From contig CAZHCL010000002.1 of assembly GCA_964530955.1 (NCBI GenBank), forward strand, positions 7,412-71,411: a stretch of 64,000 nt of DNA, written 5' to 3'. Source of the DNA: Candidatus Woesearchaeota archaeon (GTDB taxonomy: Archaea; Nanobdellota; Nanobdellia; Pacearchaeales; GW2011-AR1). A model generated the notes under the pieces. The model made no database searches, was not told where the DNA came from, and saw only the letters and a list, made by a program, of their open reading frames with translations. The position numbers were made by a program, and so were the translations under genes. Below are positions 25,776 through 35,334 of the stretch, piece by piece (the first letter of the stretch is position 1; each line of letters starts with the position of its first letter).

Positions 25776-26957
25776 ATGGCAAAAGTAAGTCCAGTATCAA
25801 TAAAATATATGATACATGCGTCGTTCAAGGCCGAAGGTCCTTTAGAAAAACCCGATGTAATCGGAGCTATATTCGGGCAGACAGAGGGATTGTTAGGTTC
25901 TGAACTTGAAATGCGCGAATTACAAAAAGAAGGCAAGATAGGCAGAATAGAAGTCAATCTTGAGACAGTTGATGGCAAGAGCGTAGGAGATATTTTAGTC
26001 CCAACAGCCCTTGATAAGAGTGAAACAACCATAATCGCAGCAGCTCTTGAAACAATTGATAGAATAGGTCCTACTGAAGCTTCAATCCAGGTATCAAAGA
26101 TAGAAGACGTAAGAGGAAGCAAAAGAGATTTCATAATAGAAAGAGCAAAGAAACTTCTTGAAGGGCTTGACGGAAACAGCGATTTCGAGGATATGTCAAA
26201 AACACTTAAAGAAGAATCAAGAGCAGCCAAAATAATGGAGTACGGAGATGAGAAACTCCCAGCAGGAGATTTATCAGGAAATGAAATAATAGTAGTTGAG
26301 GGTAGAGCAGATGTAGTTAATCTTCTTAAAAACAGAGTAAACAATGTCATAGGCATGAACGGGACTAAGTTGCCTGCAGAAATAGCAAAACTAGGAAGTA
26401 CAAAGGAAATTACCTTATTTGTTGATGGAGACAGAGGCGGAAAACTTATAGCAAAGAACGTCATAAGTAATGCTAACATAAAATATGTGGCCGTAGCTCC
26501 AGATGGAAAAGAAGTTGAAGAATTAGCAGGTAAGGAAATATTGATTTCATTAAGAAAAAGAATTAGCGTATCTGAATTTATCAGAAAGGCAGACAGCAAT
26601 GGATACAGCAATGGAAATGGATATTCCCCTGCCCCAAAAGAAACTCCTCAGGAACCAGTTAAAGAAGAGTATAAGGGAGATGTAAAAGAAGCTCTAAGAA
26701 AATCCTACGAAGAAAAGATCAAGGGAAGTAAGAATGCTCTACTTTTAGATGGAAGCCTTGATGTCATAAGAAAAGTAAGTTCGAGAGAAGTTGGAAAAAG
26801 CTTGGATATGTCAAGACAGAAAGTCTTTGCAGTGATAGTCGATGGAGCTGCAACATCAGGAATAGTCAGAGCATGCGATGATTACAATGTTAGATATCTT
26901 GCTGCTACAACTTTCTCAGCAACCGAAGGCGCGAAAGTCAATTTAATTAGTCTTTAA
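25776..26957 (+). CDS. dnaG: Archaeal DnaG-type primase (Toprim domain)
   Basis: [32 protein letters not shown], Toprim [13 protein letters not shown] ... LFVDGDRGG. Confidence 0.9.
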   Translation: MAKVSPVSIKYMIHASFKAEGPLEKPDVIGAIFGQTEGLLGSELEMRELQKEGKIGRIEVNLETVDGKSVGDILVPTALDKSETTIIAAALETIDRIGPTEASIQVSKIEDVRGSKRDFIIERAKKLLEGLDGNSDFEDMSKTLKEESRAAKIMEYGDEKLPAGDLSGNEIIVVEGRADVVNLLKNRVNNVIGMNGTKLPAEIAKLGSTKEITLFVDGDRGGKLIAKNVISNANIKYVAVAPDGKEVEELAGKEILISLRKRISVSEFIRKADSNGYSNGNGYSPAPKETPQEPVKEEYKGDVKEALRKSYEEKIKGSKNALLLDGSLDVIRKVSSREVGKSLDMSRQKVFAVIVDGAATSGIVRACDDYNVRYLAATTFSATEGAKVNLISL

Positions 26958-27039
26958 TTCCAGATTTCTTGTAGCTGGGAATAAAAATAAAAGAGTTATC
27001 TTACATCATGTTATTAAGCAACCTTCACCTACCATAATA

Positions 27040-27453
27040 ATGAAATCTATACCGAAAACAGAAGCTGAATGGAAGAAAAAGCTAACTCCTGAACAGTATG
27101 AAATATTAAGGAAGAAAGGAACTGAAAGAGCATTTACTGGAAAATACTGGAACAGCAAAGAAGAAGGATATTACCTATGCGCAGCATGTGGTGCAAAACT
27201 CTTTTCTTCAGATACAAAGTTTTATTCTGGAACAGGCTGGCCTAGTTTTTCAAATCCCATGGTAAAAAAGAACATAGAAACAAAAGATGATTTCACCCAT
27301 GGAGTAGGAAGAATAGAAGTTATATGCAGGAACTGTGGCTCTCATCTAGGTCATGTGTTTAATGACGGACCTAAAGCAAATGGTAAGAGATATTGCATTA
27401 ATTCCTGTTCACTTGATTTCAAAAAGAGCGATTCGAACAAGAGCGAGAACTAA
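27040..27453 (+). CDS. msrB: Peptide-methionine (R)-S-oxide reductase
   Basis: [35 protein letters not shown]. Confidence 0.95.
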   Translation: MKSIPKTEAEWKKKLTPEQYEILRKKGTERAFTGKYWNSKEEGYYLCAACGAKLFSSDTKFYSGTGWPSFSNPMVKKNIETKDDFTHGVGRIEVICRNCGSHLGHVFNDGPKANGKRYCINSCSLDFKKSDSNKSEN

Positions 27454-28299
27454 TTATCTTAATTCTTTTAGTTTATTCATTTGCACCAATCTTACTTTAG
27501 CATCTATAGAGGAGGAAAACATCTTCCAAAATATTTTAGAAAGCCATTCAGACCACTCCTTATTTTTAATATTGTAAATAACATAAACTTCCTCTTTCAA
27601 TTCACCTTTCTTTAAGGTAGGAATATTAACTTCCTTTAATCTTATCCGTTTATTATCTATTATCGCTCCTCTTATTGGCTGATCGTGATGTCTTATCTCA
27701 ATCATCTCTTTTCCGTGCTTAAAGTTTAAAGAAAGTAGTTTTTCCACATTGCTTTTGCCAGCCAAGTCAACCCTGCAAAGTACCTTTATAGGTATCTTCT
27801 TCTTTATCAAAGATTCAAAAGTTTCCATCATATCAAAATTCTTACCCTTTAAATTTATAAAAGATAAATTACCAGAAAAGATTAAAACCTGCTTTTCGGC
27901 CTTTTCAAGTAAACGTGCATAATCTCTAAGATTATCATCTGTCTGTTTGCTATTTGACTCTCTATATGCCTCCTTGTCTTTATCCCCTACATACTGAAAT
28001 ATATCAAAAGGTGAAAATTCTTCTTTTCTCCTAGCCTTTAATATCTGCTCCTCAAGATTCTGCTGGAAAACAGAAGAACTGACCTTTTCAACAGAAGACC
28101 AGAAAACGATTTTTAAGGCTCCCCTTGTACCTTCTCTAAACACTTTCGTAGAGAGAGTTCCAAAATCAGTTTCTATTTCCTGTATATATCTATCGGCAGT
28201 CCTCCAATTTTTGCCTATATGCAATGCGACTTCCTGTATACTTCTAGGTTTTGAATAAACAAAATCCTCTATTTTCTTTATAATTTCATTGCTCAGCAT
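27454..28299 (-). CDS. Putative wHTH transcriptional regulator (TrmB-like architecture, tentative)
   Basis: The N-terminal IEDFVYSKPRSIQEVALHIGKNWRTADRYIQEI looks like a winged helix. The C-terminal domain is unassigned. Confidence 0.5.
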   Translation of the reverse strand: MLSNEIIKKIEDFVYSKPRSIQEVALHIGKNWRTADRYIQEIETDFGTLSTKVFREGTRGALKIVFWSSVEKVSSSVFQQNLEEQILKARRKEEFSPFDIFQYVGDKDKEAYRESNSKQTDDNLRDYARLLEKAEKQVLIFSGNLSFINLKGKNFDMMETFESLIKKKIPIKVLCRVDLAGKSNVEKLLSLNFKHGKEMIEIRHHDQPIRGAIIDNKRIRLKEVNIPTLKKGELKEEVYVIYNIKNKEWSEWLSKIFWKMFSSSIDAKVRLVQMNKLKELR

Positions 28300-28404
28300 A
28301 AAAATAAAGAGATAAAGTCATATTTATTCTTTTCTATAATATACAACTATAAGCCTATTTTTATGTAAGTAAAATACAACTATTTTACAACTCTATGTAT
28401 TATT

Positions 28405-28605
28405 ATGAAAAGCAGAAAAACTGAGATAAAAGAAATACTATTCGATGAAGGATTCATAGGTAACCCATTTGTTATGAAAGAACTAATTCTGAGGGGATAT
28501 CGAATAAACTCGGTATCTCCCTCATCCTATAACTCTTCTCAACAATCCTCACACCAGCAAGAATATTCCATAATATCAAGAGAACAAATATCTCCAAATA
28601 ATTAA
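28405..28605 (+). CDS. Small hypothetical protein (S/Q-rich C-terminus)
   Basis: ORF only. Ends 1 nt before the next ATG. Confidence 0.35.
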   Translation: MKSRKTEIKEILFDEGFIGNPFVMKELILRGYRINSVSPSSYNSSQQSSHQQEYSIISREQISPNN

Positions 28606-28606
28606 A

Positions 28607-28984
28607 ATGACAAAGAAAAATATAACTCCTATAGATGTACTTATCGGTATTGCCTATCATTTGCCAAAAGGACAAAGAAGTTATCTTCATAATTCGGAGA
28701 GATTCTTTAGATTCTTTTATGAACAAAGAGATAAGTACCCCAAACTGCTTGGAGAATTAAGATTTGACTGCGATGGCCTCTGGCCCGTCAGTCCTGACCT
28801 GGAAGGAGCATTGGATACCTTATTTACTGCAAGAATGCTTTCATACAACACTGCCCAACCAACAAGAAATCTATTCGATGAAGGAGCATGCGAATGCTAT
28901 TTTGAAAGGATATTAAGTACATTGCCAAGACAAACAAGAAATGAAATGTCAGTTCTTTCTGACGAATTTCGAAGGTATATGTGA
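28607..28984 (+). CDS. Hypothetical protein
   Basis: ORF only. Confidence 0.5.
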   Translation: MTKKNITPIDVLIGIAYHLPKGQRSYLHNSERFFRFFYEQRDKYPKLLGELRFDCDGLWPVSPDLEGALDTLFTARMLSYNTAQPTRNLFDEGACECYFERILSTLPRQTRNEMSVLSDEFRRYM

Positions 28985-28989
28985 TAATC

Positions 28990-29006
28990 ACAATCTTTAA
29001 ATAAAG
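28990..29006 (+). promoter_or_regulatory. 17-nt promoter module ACAATCTTTAAATAAAG (copy 1)
   Basis: Contains a TTTAAATA TATA core about 25 nt upstream of the ATG at 29025. An identical copy lies at 29435-29451. Confidence 0.45.
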
Positions 29007-29024
29007 CTAATTTTCTAAAATAAC

Positions 29025-29435
29025 ATGGACGAAGATAATTTTGACAGGATAAAATTCAAGCACCCCCTAGCTGAGCAAGAACTAATGAAGCTATTCAGAT
29101 ATTTCAGAGAAGGAACTTCTAGAAGAATAGATTACCAAGGAGAATTGATAGGAAAAATAGGTTTGGAAGAGCCAATCGAAGGAAAAGATGAACTTGAAGA
29201 AAGAGTTATTTCCAGAGGAGCTATTCATTTCGAAGATAATCATAGATGGCTTAATTTTAGATTATCCTATGATCTGGGGAGAGAAGAAAGAAATATAGCA
29301 TACACTGAAATACAATTTGATATTCCTCCAGGGTATAAGAGAAGAGAGCTAGTAAATAGTCCTTGTTCAAACCCTGCTGATATGGATTTAATCAGAACAT
29401 CTGTTAGCAATTATTTCAGCCAATTTCTTATATAA
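29025..29435 (+). CDS. Hypothetical protein
   Basis: ORF only. Confidence 0.5.
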   Translation: MDEDNFDRIKFKHPLAEQELMKLFRYFREGTSRRIDYQGELIGKIGLEEPIEGKDELEERVISRGAIHFEDNHRWLNFRLSYDLGREERNIAYTEIQFDIPPGYKRRELVNSPCSNPADMDLIRTSVSNYFSQFLI

Positions 29436-29451
29436 CAATCTTTAAATAAAG
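29435..29451 (+). promoter_or_regulatory. 17-nt promoter module ACAATCTTTAAATAAAG (copy 2)
   Basis: Identical to 28990-29006. Lies about 50 nt upstream of the xerA ATG, which has an AGAGGGG SD-like motif. Confidence 0.45.
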
Positions 29452-29494
29452 GTTCGTTTTAATGAAATAAGATAAATCTCATAAAGAGGGGAAA

Positions 29495-30319
29495 ATGCAA
29501 GAATTAGAAAAATTAAAAAGTGAACTGAAGCTTAGAGGCTTTTCGCAGATGACTGTTAGGAATTATAGTTTCTTTGTTGACAAATTTCTTAAAAAAGCGA
29601 ACAAAAATGCAGAAGAACTTAATCAGGATGATGCAAAATTATACCTTTCAGAACTCTTCGATACAAAGTCAAAAAACACAATAATGCTTGCAGCAGCTTC
29701 TTTGAAATTCTTTTACAATGAAATATTAAAAAAAGATTTTTCTGGAGTAAAGATTCCAAAGAAAGATAGAAAACTTCCTGAAGTTCTGAACAAAGAAGAA
29801 GTAAAAAAGCTTATTGAGACAACCGATAATGAAAAGTCCAGACTAATTATTTCTCTTCTTTATTCAGGTGGATTAAGAGTCTCAGAACTTGTAAATCTGA
29901 AAGTAAACGATGTTAATTTCCAGGAAAAAACGGGATGGGTAAGAAAAGGAAAGGGCTCGAAAGACAGGTTATTCATACTTTCAGAATCAATATGTAAAGA
30001 AATACAAGAATACTTGCAGGGAAAAAGTTACAACTATGTATTTTCAAAAGATTCTCCTTTAACAACAAGAAACATCCAAAAAATAATTGCCCTAACGAGA
30101 AAGAGAGCAGGAATAAATAAGAAAGTCACCCCCCACACATTAAGGCACAGTTTTGCAACTCATCTTCTTGAGCAGGGAACAGATATAAGGATGATACAAG
30201 TCCTTTTAGGCCACAGCTCTCTAAGTACGACTCAAATGTACACACATATATCTTCTGAGCAAATAAAGAAAATTAAGAATCCTTTAGATGGACTATTCGA
30301 CAAACCAACAAGTCAATAA
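29495..30319 (+). CDS. xerA: Tyrosine recombinase XerA (XerC/D family)
   Basis: SAM-like N-domain (LKLRGFSQMTVRNYSFFVDKFL), GLRVSEL, HTLRHSFATHLLEQGTDIRMIQVLLGHSSLSTTQMYTH. Confidence 0.9.
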   Translation: MQELEKLKSELKLRGFSQMTVRNYSFFVDKFLKKANKNAEELNQDDAKLYLSELFDTKSKNTIMLAAASLKFFYNEILKKDFSGVKIPKKDRKLPEVLNKEEVKKLIETTDNEKSRLIISLLYSGGLRVSELVNLKVNDVNFQEKTGWVRKGKGSKDRLFILSESICKEIQEYLQGKSYNYVFSKDSPLTTRNIQKIIALTRKRAGINKKVTPHTLRHSFATHLLEQGTDIRMIQVLLGHSSLSTTQMYTHISSEQIKKIKNPLDGLFDKPTSQ

Positions 30320-30367
30320 AAATAAATAGAATATTATAAAGAGTTCTTACAATTCACAAATAAAAAA

Positions 30368-30778
30368 CTATCTGTAAGACTTCTGTCTCTTGGCTCTTGC
30401 TTTGGAATCCCCTGGCTTTCTGGTTTCCTTTCTTCTTGAGTCCTGGACAAGCATATTTCTATCATAGGTAATAAATGCCTTTCTAAGAACATCAGACCCT
30501 GTTATTCTTACTAACGCACGAGCAATGGCAAGCCTTGCCGCCTGTATCTGTCCTTCCTTTCCGCCACCAGTTACCTTAATATGAAAATCATTCTTTAAAT
30601 TTCCTAAAACATGCTCATGTATCTTTAAAGGTTCTGATAAAGCTAGTTTATGAAAAAGATTAAGTTCAGAAGAAGGAACATAATTAAAGAATATTTTACC
30701 AGTACCAGGAAGAATTCTAAGTTTTGCAATTGCAGTTTTTCTCTTTCCAGATATTATTATTTTGTCTGTTTTTTCCAT
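30368..30778 (-). CDS. rps9: 30S ribosomal protein S9 (uS9)
   Basis: GGGKEGQIQAARLAIARAL ... KRQKSYR C-terminus. Confidence 0.95.
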   Translation of the reverse strand: MEKTDKIIISGKRKTAIAKLRILPGTGKIFFNYVPSSELNLFHKLALSEPLKIHEHVLGNLKNDFHIKVTGGGKEGQIQAARLAIARALVRITGSDVLRKAFITYDRNMLVQDSRRKETRKPGDSKARAKRQKSYR

Positions 30779-30779
30779 T

Positions 30780-31220
30780 TTATATTTCCTTGCTGAGTTC
30801 TTTTAGAGTGATTGTTTTAGCCTTCGACTCTCTTACCATGGAAACTTTCTTAACAGAGGCATATTCAGCAGGAACATCAGAATAACACATGACTCTCTTT
30901 AACGCATCTAATCCCCTTTGCTGAGTGTATGAAAGCATTCCTCTTATCGTTCTCTTGACAATTCTCTCAGTATATTTTGGAAAATGAGGTCCATTTAAGC
31001 TTGTTCCACCCCTTCTTCTTGCAGTATTATATTCGCCAACAACCATTCTTGTACGACCAGTTAATTTTATAGAATCACAATTCACTATAACTACATTTTT
31101 TCCAAGAAGGGCCTGCTTTGCAGCATAACTTGCAATTCTACCAAGAACTGCCCCAGAAGCATCTATAACAAATTCAACTTTTTTAACTTCCGTCGCCTTA
31201 TTTTTCTTATTATCTGCCAT
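30780..31220 (-). CDS. rpl13: 50S ribosomal protein L13 (uL13)
   Basis: VIDASGAVLGRIASYAAKQALLGKNVVIVNC. Confidence 0.95.
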   Translation of the reverse strand: MADNKKNKATEVKKVEFVIDASGAVLGRIASYAAKQALLGKNVVIVNCDSIKLTGRTRMVVGEYNTARRRGGTSLNGPHFPKYTERIVKRTIRGMLSYTQQRGLDALKRVMCYSDVPAEYASVKKVSMVRESKAKTITLKELSKEI

Positions 31221-31221
31221 T

Positions 31222-31608
31222 TTAATTTATTACCTTTATTCCCTCAGCCTTAGGATTCTTCTTTATCTCTTCAGCTATTGAAACAGGCTCTGATTTTGTC
31301 TTCCTAAGCTTGTCAAGAGCTGATTTTGAAAATCCGAATGAACATATCCTTACTTTTTTTGTAACGTCCCCATTGCCAAGAACCTTTCCGATTACAACAA
31401 CAGTATCTCCTGCTGAAGTTTGTGCTTCAATCTCAGAAAGATTAACTTTTGAATACATTCTTCTCGAAGAAGAAATCCTTTTTGCAATAGCTAACCAGCC
31501 CTTATTCTTTAAAGCTAGACTTATCGCTTCAGATACCTCTGGATTTGTCTTTTTCTTTAAGTTAAACTTTATCTTTGTCTTACTTACTTTATTTACCAAT
31601 ACTTTCAT
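31222..31608 (-). CDS. rpl18e: 50S ribosomal protein L18e
   Basis: KKTNPEVSEAISLAL...IAKRISSSRRMYSKVNLSEI...GDTVVVIGKVLG. Sits in the conserved L18e-L13-S9 order. I prefer the ATG at 31608; the track start is TTG. Confidence 0.85.
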   Translation of the reverse strand: MKVLVNKVSKTKIKFNLKKKTNPEVSEAISLALKNKGWLAIAKRISSSRRMYSKVNLSEIEAQTSAGDTVVVIGKVLGNGDVTKKVRICSFGFSKSALDKLRKTKSEPVSIAEEIKKNPKAEGIKVIN

Positions 31609-31678
31609 AATTCTTCTCAATCTGCACGCTATTTAAATCTATGTAGAAAGAAAGATTTTTATACCTTAATATACATTA

Positions 31679-31930
31679 ATGTGTATGAAATCAAAAAACA
31701 TCAAGGAAGAAAGTAAGATAAGAGTTAATATCACCATAGACAAAAAACTCCTTGATAAGGCAAAGACAAAGCTCAATCTGTTCGGGGGAAAATTAAGCAC
31801 TTTATTCAATGCATATCTCAGCGATTTCGTTGAGTCAATGGATAAAGATTTTGATTCAGGCAGAAAAGAAATGCAAATTAAGATAAAAGAACTGGAAGAA
31901 AGACTCAAAAAACTGGAAGAAAGAAAGTAA
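31679..31930 (+). CDS. Small ribbon-helix-helix (CopG-like) plus coiled-coil protein, tentative
   Basis: IRVNITIDKKLLDKAK has an RHH beta-strand/helix pattern. The C-terminus is a helical K/E repeat. Confidence 0.45.
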   Translation: MCMKSKNIKEESKIRVNITIDKKLLDKAKTKLNLFGGKLSTLFNAYLSDFVESMDKDFDSGRKEMQIKIKELEERLKKLEERK

Positions 31931-31932
31931 AA

Positions 31933-32451
31933 TTAAAGATGAGCCATTCTTAAAAGCGAGCTAAATAATCCTGCTCTACGCTCATTAGTTGCTCTTTCTG
32001 AAAAAGGCTGAGAAGAGTTAGTTAATCTTCCAAAGTCGGGAGCAATTTCATCAGAATGCAAAAGTCTTGCATCTCTGGGAAAATCCCAATAAATTACTTC
32101 TTCAGTCACAGCATTGCCGTCTTTGAAATGAAGAGGAAAGGACTTGCCGTTCCTTGGATAATATGATAAAAATCTTTCAAGAATAAAACCAGCTTTCTGA
32201 AAGTCAGGAAGAGGGCCAGAGGGCCTAAGTATTCCATCTTGGTCAATATCATAAAAGCCAGGAATTAATCGTGTTACATCAAAATCAGAAACTTGAGAAG
32301 AAAGAGCCACCGCAGCACGATAAACCTTGCCATTCAGATCAGAGGATTGATTATCTAAAAAACGATCAACATTGTCGTAAGGAATAATCCTTAAACATAC
32401 AAACCGCCTAAGTATTGATTCTTGGGACACTATTACTAAGAAGATTTCCAT
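31933..32451 (-). CDS. Hypothetical protein
   Basis: ORF only. I prefer the ATG at 32451; the track start at 32481 is TTG. Confidence 0.5.
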   Translation of the reverse strand: MEIFLVIVSQESILRRFVCLRIIPYDNVDRFLDNQSSDLNGKVYRAAVALSSQVSDFDVTRLIPGFYDIDQDGILRPSGPLPDFQKAGFILERFLSYYPRNGKSFPLHFKDGNAVTEEVIYWDFPRDARLLHSDEIAPDFGRLTNSSQPFSERATNERRAGLFSSLLRMAHL

Positions 32452-32519
32452 ATTTAAACATATATGTAATAAAAAAGACAAATCAGATAAGTTTTAAAGA
32501 AAGAACGCTATTACTAAAT

Positions 32520-33002
32520 ATGAAAAAATTAAACAACTGGCAGAATTCTCTATACAATATAATAATCATTCTGAAAGGAGTTAATGGAATATTCGAACTT
32601 ATTCTTGGAACCCTAATAGCTATAATTAGTTCATCGACAGTCTATAAAATAGCCATAAAAATATTCAGTGAAGAGCTTTCTGATGACCCTCATGATTTTG
32701 TAGCAAACTTCTTCGTGAACCTAGCGAGAGACCTTTCTTTTAGCACAAAAGAGTTTATAGCAGCCTACGTTTTCATTCATGGAATAATTAATATTCTACT
32801 TTTCTATACTCTCTGGAAGAAGAAATTTGAGTTTTATCCTACTGCAATCATCACTTTAGTTTTGCTTACAGTATATCAGATATTTAGAGTTATCACAAAG
32901 CATTCACCTCTATTGATTTTAATCACAATAATAGATTTTGTAATAATTTACTTCCTAGTTAGGGAGTATCGTTTAGCTTTAAGAGAAAAAAGAAAACAGT
33001 AA
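32520..33002 (+). CDS. DUF2127-like membrane protein
   Basis: MKKLNNWQNSLYNIIIILKGVNGIFELILG.. fits the DUF2127 pattern. I chose the ATG at 32520 because the track's upstream extension overlaps the divergent gene. Confidence 0.55.
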   Translation: MKKLNNWQNSLYNIIIILKGVNGIFELILGTLIAIISSSTVYKIAIKIFSEELSDDPHDFVANFFVNLARDLSFSTKEFIAAYVFIHGIINILLFYTLWKKKFEFYPTAIITLVLLTVYQIFRVITKHSPLLILITIIDFVIIYFLVREYRLALREKRKQ

Positions 33003-33032
33003 TATTTAAAAATAATAAGGTTACGTTGATTT

Positions 33033-33458
33033 ATGGTTGTTGAAGCAATAACCCAAACAGCAGAAGAAAGGGAAAGAGAAACTATCCCAGAATCCAGATT
33101 AAAGATTGCTCTTGGTTTACACAAAGAATCCAAAATTGATCTATATACTTTAGAATTGGAAGGAAAACCACAAGTAAGCGTATTTGTTTATCCTCAAGAG
33201 TATATCCTTAATCCTAGTAAAATTACTAAAATAGATACAAGATTTAGAGGCGATATCACTAGAGTTATTACAAGAGAATTCAAAGATACTTCAGTTGAGG
33301 ATCTCAACGCTACTTTTCTTAATGATGCCAGACCAGCAATTTCTCTAATGGACCACACTTATGATATTGGTAGAGAGGCAACCATATTGGAACACTCTTT
33401 CCAAGATGGATCCCAATCGTATCTTGAGAGTGTTATAAAAGACATTAAGTGTAAATAA
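33033..33458 (+). CDS. Hypothetical protein
   Basis: ORF only. Confidence 0.5.
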   Translation: MVVEAITQTAEERERETIPESRLKIALGLHKESKIDLYTLELEGKPQVSVFVYPQEYILNPSKITKIDTRFRGDITRVITREFKDTSVEDLNATFLNDARPAISLMDHTYDIGREATILEHSFQDGSQSYLESVIKDIKCK

Positions 33459-33464
33459 ATATTC

Positions 33465-33914
33465 TTAAGAAAGTTTAAAAAGGTTTAACTGATAATCTAA
33501 TTCCTTCTGACTCTCAGGACAATGAATTCCACAATAAACAAAAGTAACATTTCCATGTTTCAGGTTGTAATCAGCAGACAACCCAAATTCAGATCTTAAT
33601 GAATCATCATTTTGTTTTTGATATCTGATAAAATTGCCCTTATCTTCATTCAAACGTTTTAGAGTATTGCCTTTTTTACTCTTCACAAGCAAAACTATGA
33701 ACTCTTTACCGAATGAATGTTTACTGTATCCATCGATATATGTTTGTATTTCTTCAGCAGTAAATTCTGAATATATTTTTCTTGCATAACTTAGCCAATC
33801 GGAATAACTCTTTTCAAATAAAATAAGATAACCTTTGTTCCCAAGAGATTTCTTCACACTTTCTATTTTACCAATAACTTCTGGCTTTACAATTACTAAA
33901 GATACATCTTCCAT
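33465..33914 (-). CDS. Divergent nucleoside-diphosphate-kinase-like protein
   Basis: SLVIVKPEVIG..., SLRSEFG, YCGIHCPES, LNLF are spaced as in NDK (l.iKPD.v, tiRgdfg, N..HGSDS, i..wF) but are strongly diverged. Confidence 0.4.
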   Translation of the reverse strand: MEDVSLVIVKPEVIGKIESVKKSLGNKGYLILFEKSYSDWLSYARKIYSEFTAEEIQTYIDGYSKHSFGKEFIVLLVKSKKGNTLKRLNEDKGNFIRYQKQNDDSLRSEFGLSADYNLKHGNVTFVYCGIHCPESQKELDYQLNLFKLS

Positions 33915-33963
33915 ATTTTATCTGGTGATATAGATTATAAAAGTTTTATCTTTTAAAACAAAA

Positions 33964-34047
33964 TGCGGGGAACAGGATTCGAACCTGCGCAAGCACTAAG
34001 CTACGACGGCCTAAACGTCGCCCGTTTGACCACTCCGGCATCCCCGC
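33964..34047 (-). tRNA. tRNA-Leu (anticodon TAG), type II
   Basis: Manual fold: acceptor GCGGGGA.., anticodon stem CGACG/CGTCG, loop TTTAGGC, long variable arm, T-loop TTCGAAT, discriminator A. Confidence 0.9.
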
Positions 34048-34233
34048 TTAGCTTTTAGCAAATTTATTAGAGTTAAAAAGCCTTCGATTTATAACTTTTT
34101 ACAGGTATATTTTAGAAATAAATAAGAAATTGATTAGAAATCTGAGATTATTAGAAGAACTAAAGAACAATATATTAACTATATAGTAGTAACAAATAAA
34201 AAGATTTAAATACTCCCGTTCCCTATATAAAAT

Positions 34234-35295
34234 ATGAAAAAGATGATGACAACATTAACAGCAATAGGTCTAGCATCTTTAGTTGGCTACGCTGGACAGA
34301 ATAATTTAGAGGGACTAATCAGGAAAAACCAAGATAGACAAACTGAAAATAGTGCTACACAAATTGGGCAGAGTTTTCAACATGACAGTCCAAAGAACCT
34401 AGCAGATGCTTTTTTGACCATGGAGTCATATAATGGCGCAACTGAATCTGATCATAAAATTCTTAACGATATAATTAGCACTGCAGAAGGCAAAATAGAA
34501 AGAAAAGCTAATTACACCCATGAAGAAGCAGAAAAGTTATTGAGTGTTATTGATACAACAATAAGAGAGAAAGGATTTTCTTACAAGGAACAGCGTTTTT
34601 TAAACAAGGGATTAAAAGAAAGAGAAATTGATTGTGACCTTTTCAGCGATATTTATTTTGGAATTGCTGATGACCTGAATCTTCCAGTTCGTGCAGTCAT
34701 GATCGAAGGCAAAGAAGACAGTGGAGGAGGCCATGTTTTTGTAAGATGGAGATTAGATAGTCAGAATTATTTCAATTGGGAAGCAACATCAGGTCAGGTT
34801 TGTTCTGATGAAGTTTATGATAAAAGAATAAGTGAAAATTCTACCAAGTATGGAAGTATGAAAGAGCTCTCAATACCACAATATGCAAAGCTGCAAACTG
34901 ATGAACAAATATTTCCAGGTTCATTTTTGAAAGATAGTAATGCAAGAGCAGGAATAGCTCATCCAGACAACAAAGAATGCAGAGAACATGAAAACCTAAT
35001 ATATAGAGTTCTGTACGATTATTTATCTAATAGACTTAGAAGTAATCCAGATAGCAGGGAATTACACGAATTAGAAGCTGAAACTGCTATGAGATTAGAA
35101 AGATATGATCAAGCAATTGCAAATTATGATTTTTTACTTAAAGAAAGCCCTCAAAGTTCAAGTTTATACCACGAGCGTGGAAAAGCTTACGAACTCATTT
35201 CACACACTGCGCCAACTTTTAAAGAAGAACTAAACTTTATGGAAAGAGCAAAGAAAGATATTGATAAGGCAGTTTCACTAGAAAGAAAAGAATAA
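34234..35295 (+). CDS. Secreted/lipid-anchored protein with transglutaminase-like Cys/His core and C-terminal TPR-like repeats (tentative)
   Basis: Signal-like N-terminus MKKMMTTLTAIGLASLVGYAG. EIDCDLFS ... GGGHVFVRW spacing resembles a transglutaminase-like fold. AIANYDFLLKESPQSSSLYHERGKAY is TPR-like. The TATA GATTTAAATA lies about 26 nt upstream. Confidence 0.5.
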   Translation: MKKMMTTLTAIGLASLVGYAGQNNLEGLIRKNQDRQTENSATQIGQSFQHDSPKNLADAFLTMESYNGATESDHKILNDIISTAEGKIERKANYTHEEAEKLLSVIDTTIREKGFSYKEQRFLNKGLKEREIDCDLFSDIYFGIADDLNLPVRAVMIEGKEDSGGGHVFVRWRLDSQNYFNWEATSGQVCSDEVYDKRISENSTKYGSMKELSIPQYAKLQTDEQIFPGSFLKDSNARAGIAHPDNKECREHENLIYRVLYDYLSNRLRSNPDSRELHELEAETAMRLERYDQAIANYDFLLKESPQSSSLYHERGKAYELISHTAPTFKEELNFMERAKKDIDKAVSLERKE

Positions 35296-35334
35296 ACATA
35301 TCCAACAAACAATGAATAAGAAAAATAAACTGCT

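Noticed and set aside
25679-26611. 310-aa minus-strand ORF in the track, antisense to dnaG
   Set aside because: The sequence is low-complexity and S/L/F/P/I-rich with no motifs. It lies entirely opposite a well-supported archaeal DnaG gene with clear Toprim motifs, which is typical of a shadow ORF in AT-rich DNA.
27454-30319. XerA plus neighbouring orphan genes as an integrated mobile element or provirus
   Set aside because: The recombinase looks like the housekeeping archaeal XerA (SAM-like N-domain, full RHRY-type C-terminal motifs). I found no flanking direct repeats, tRNA-fragment att site, capsid genes or replication genes.
31310-31908. ORFs 31310-31636 (+) and 31666-31908 (-)
   Set aside because: The first is antisense to rpl18e. 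The second is antisense to the RHH/coiled-coil ORF and is S/L/F-rich. I preferred the plus-strand K/E-rich ORF, though only at moderate confidence.
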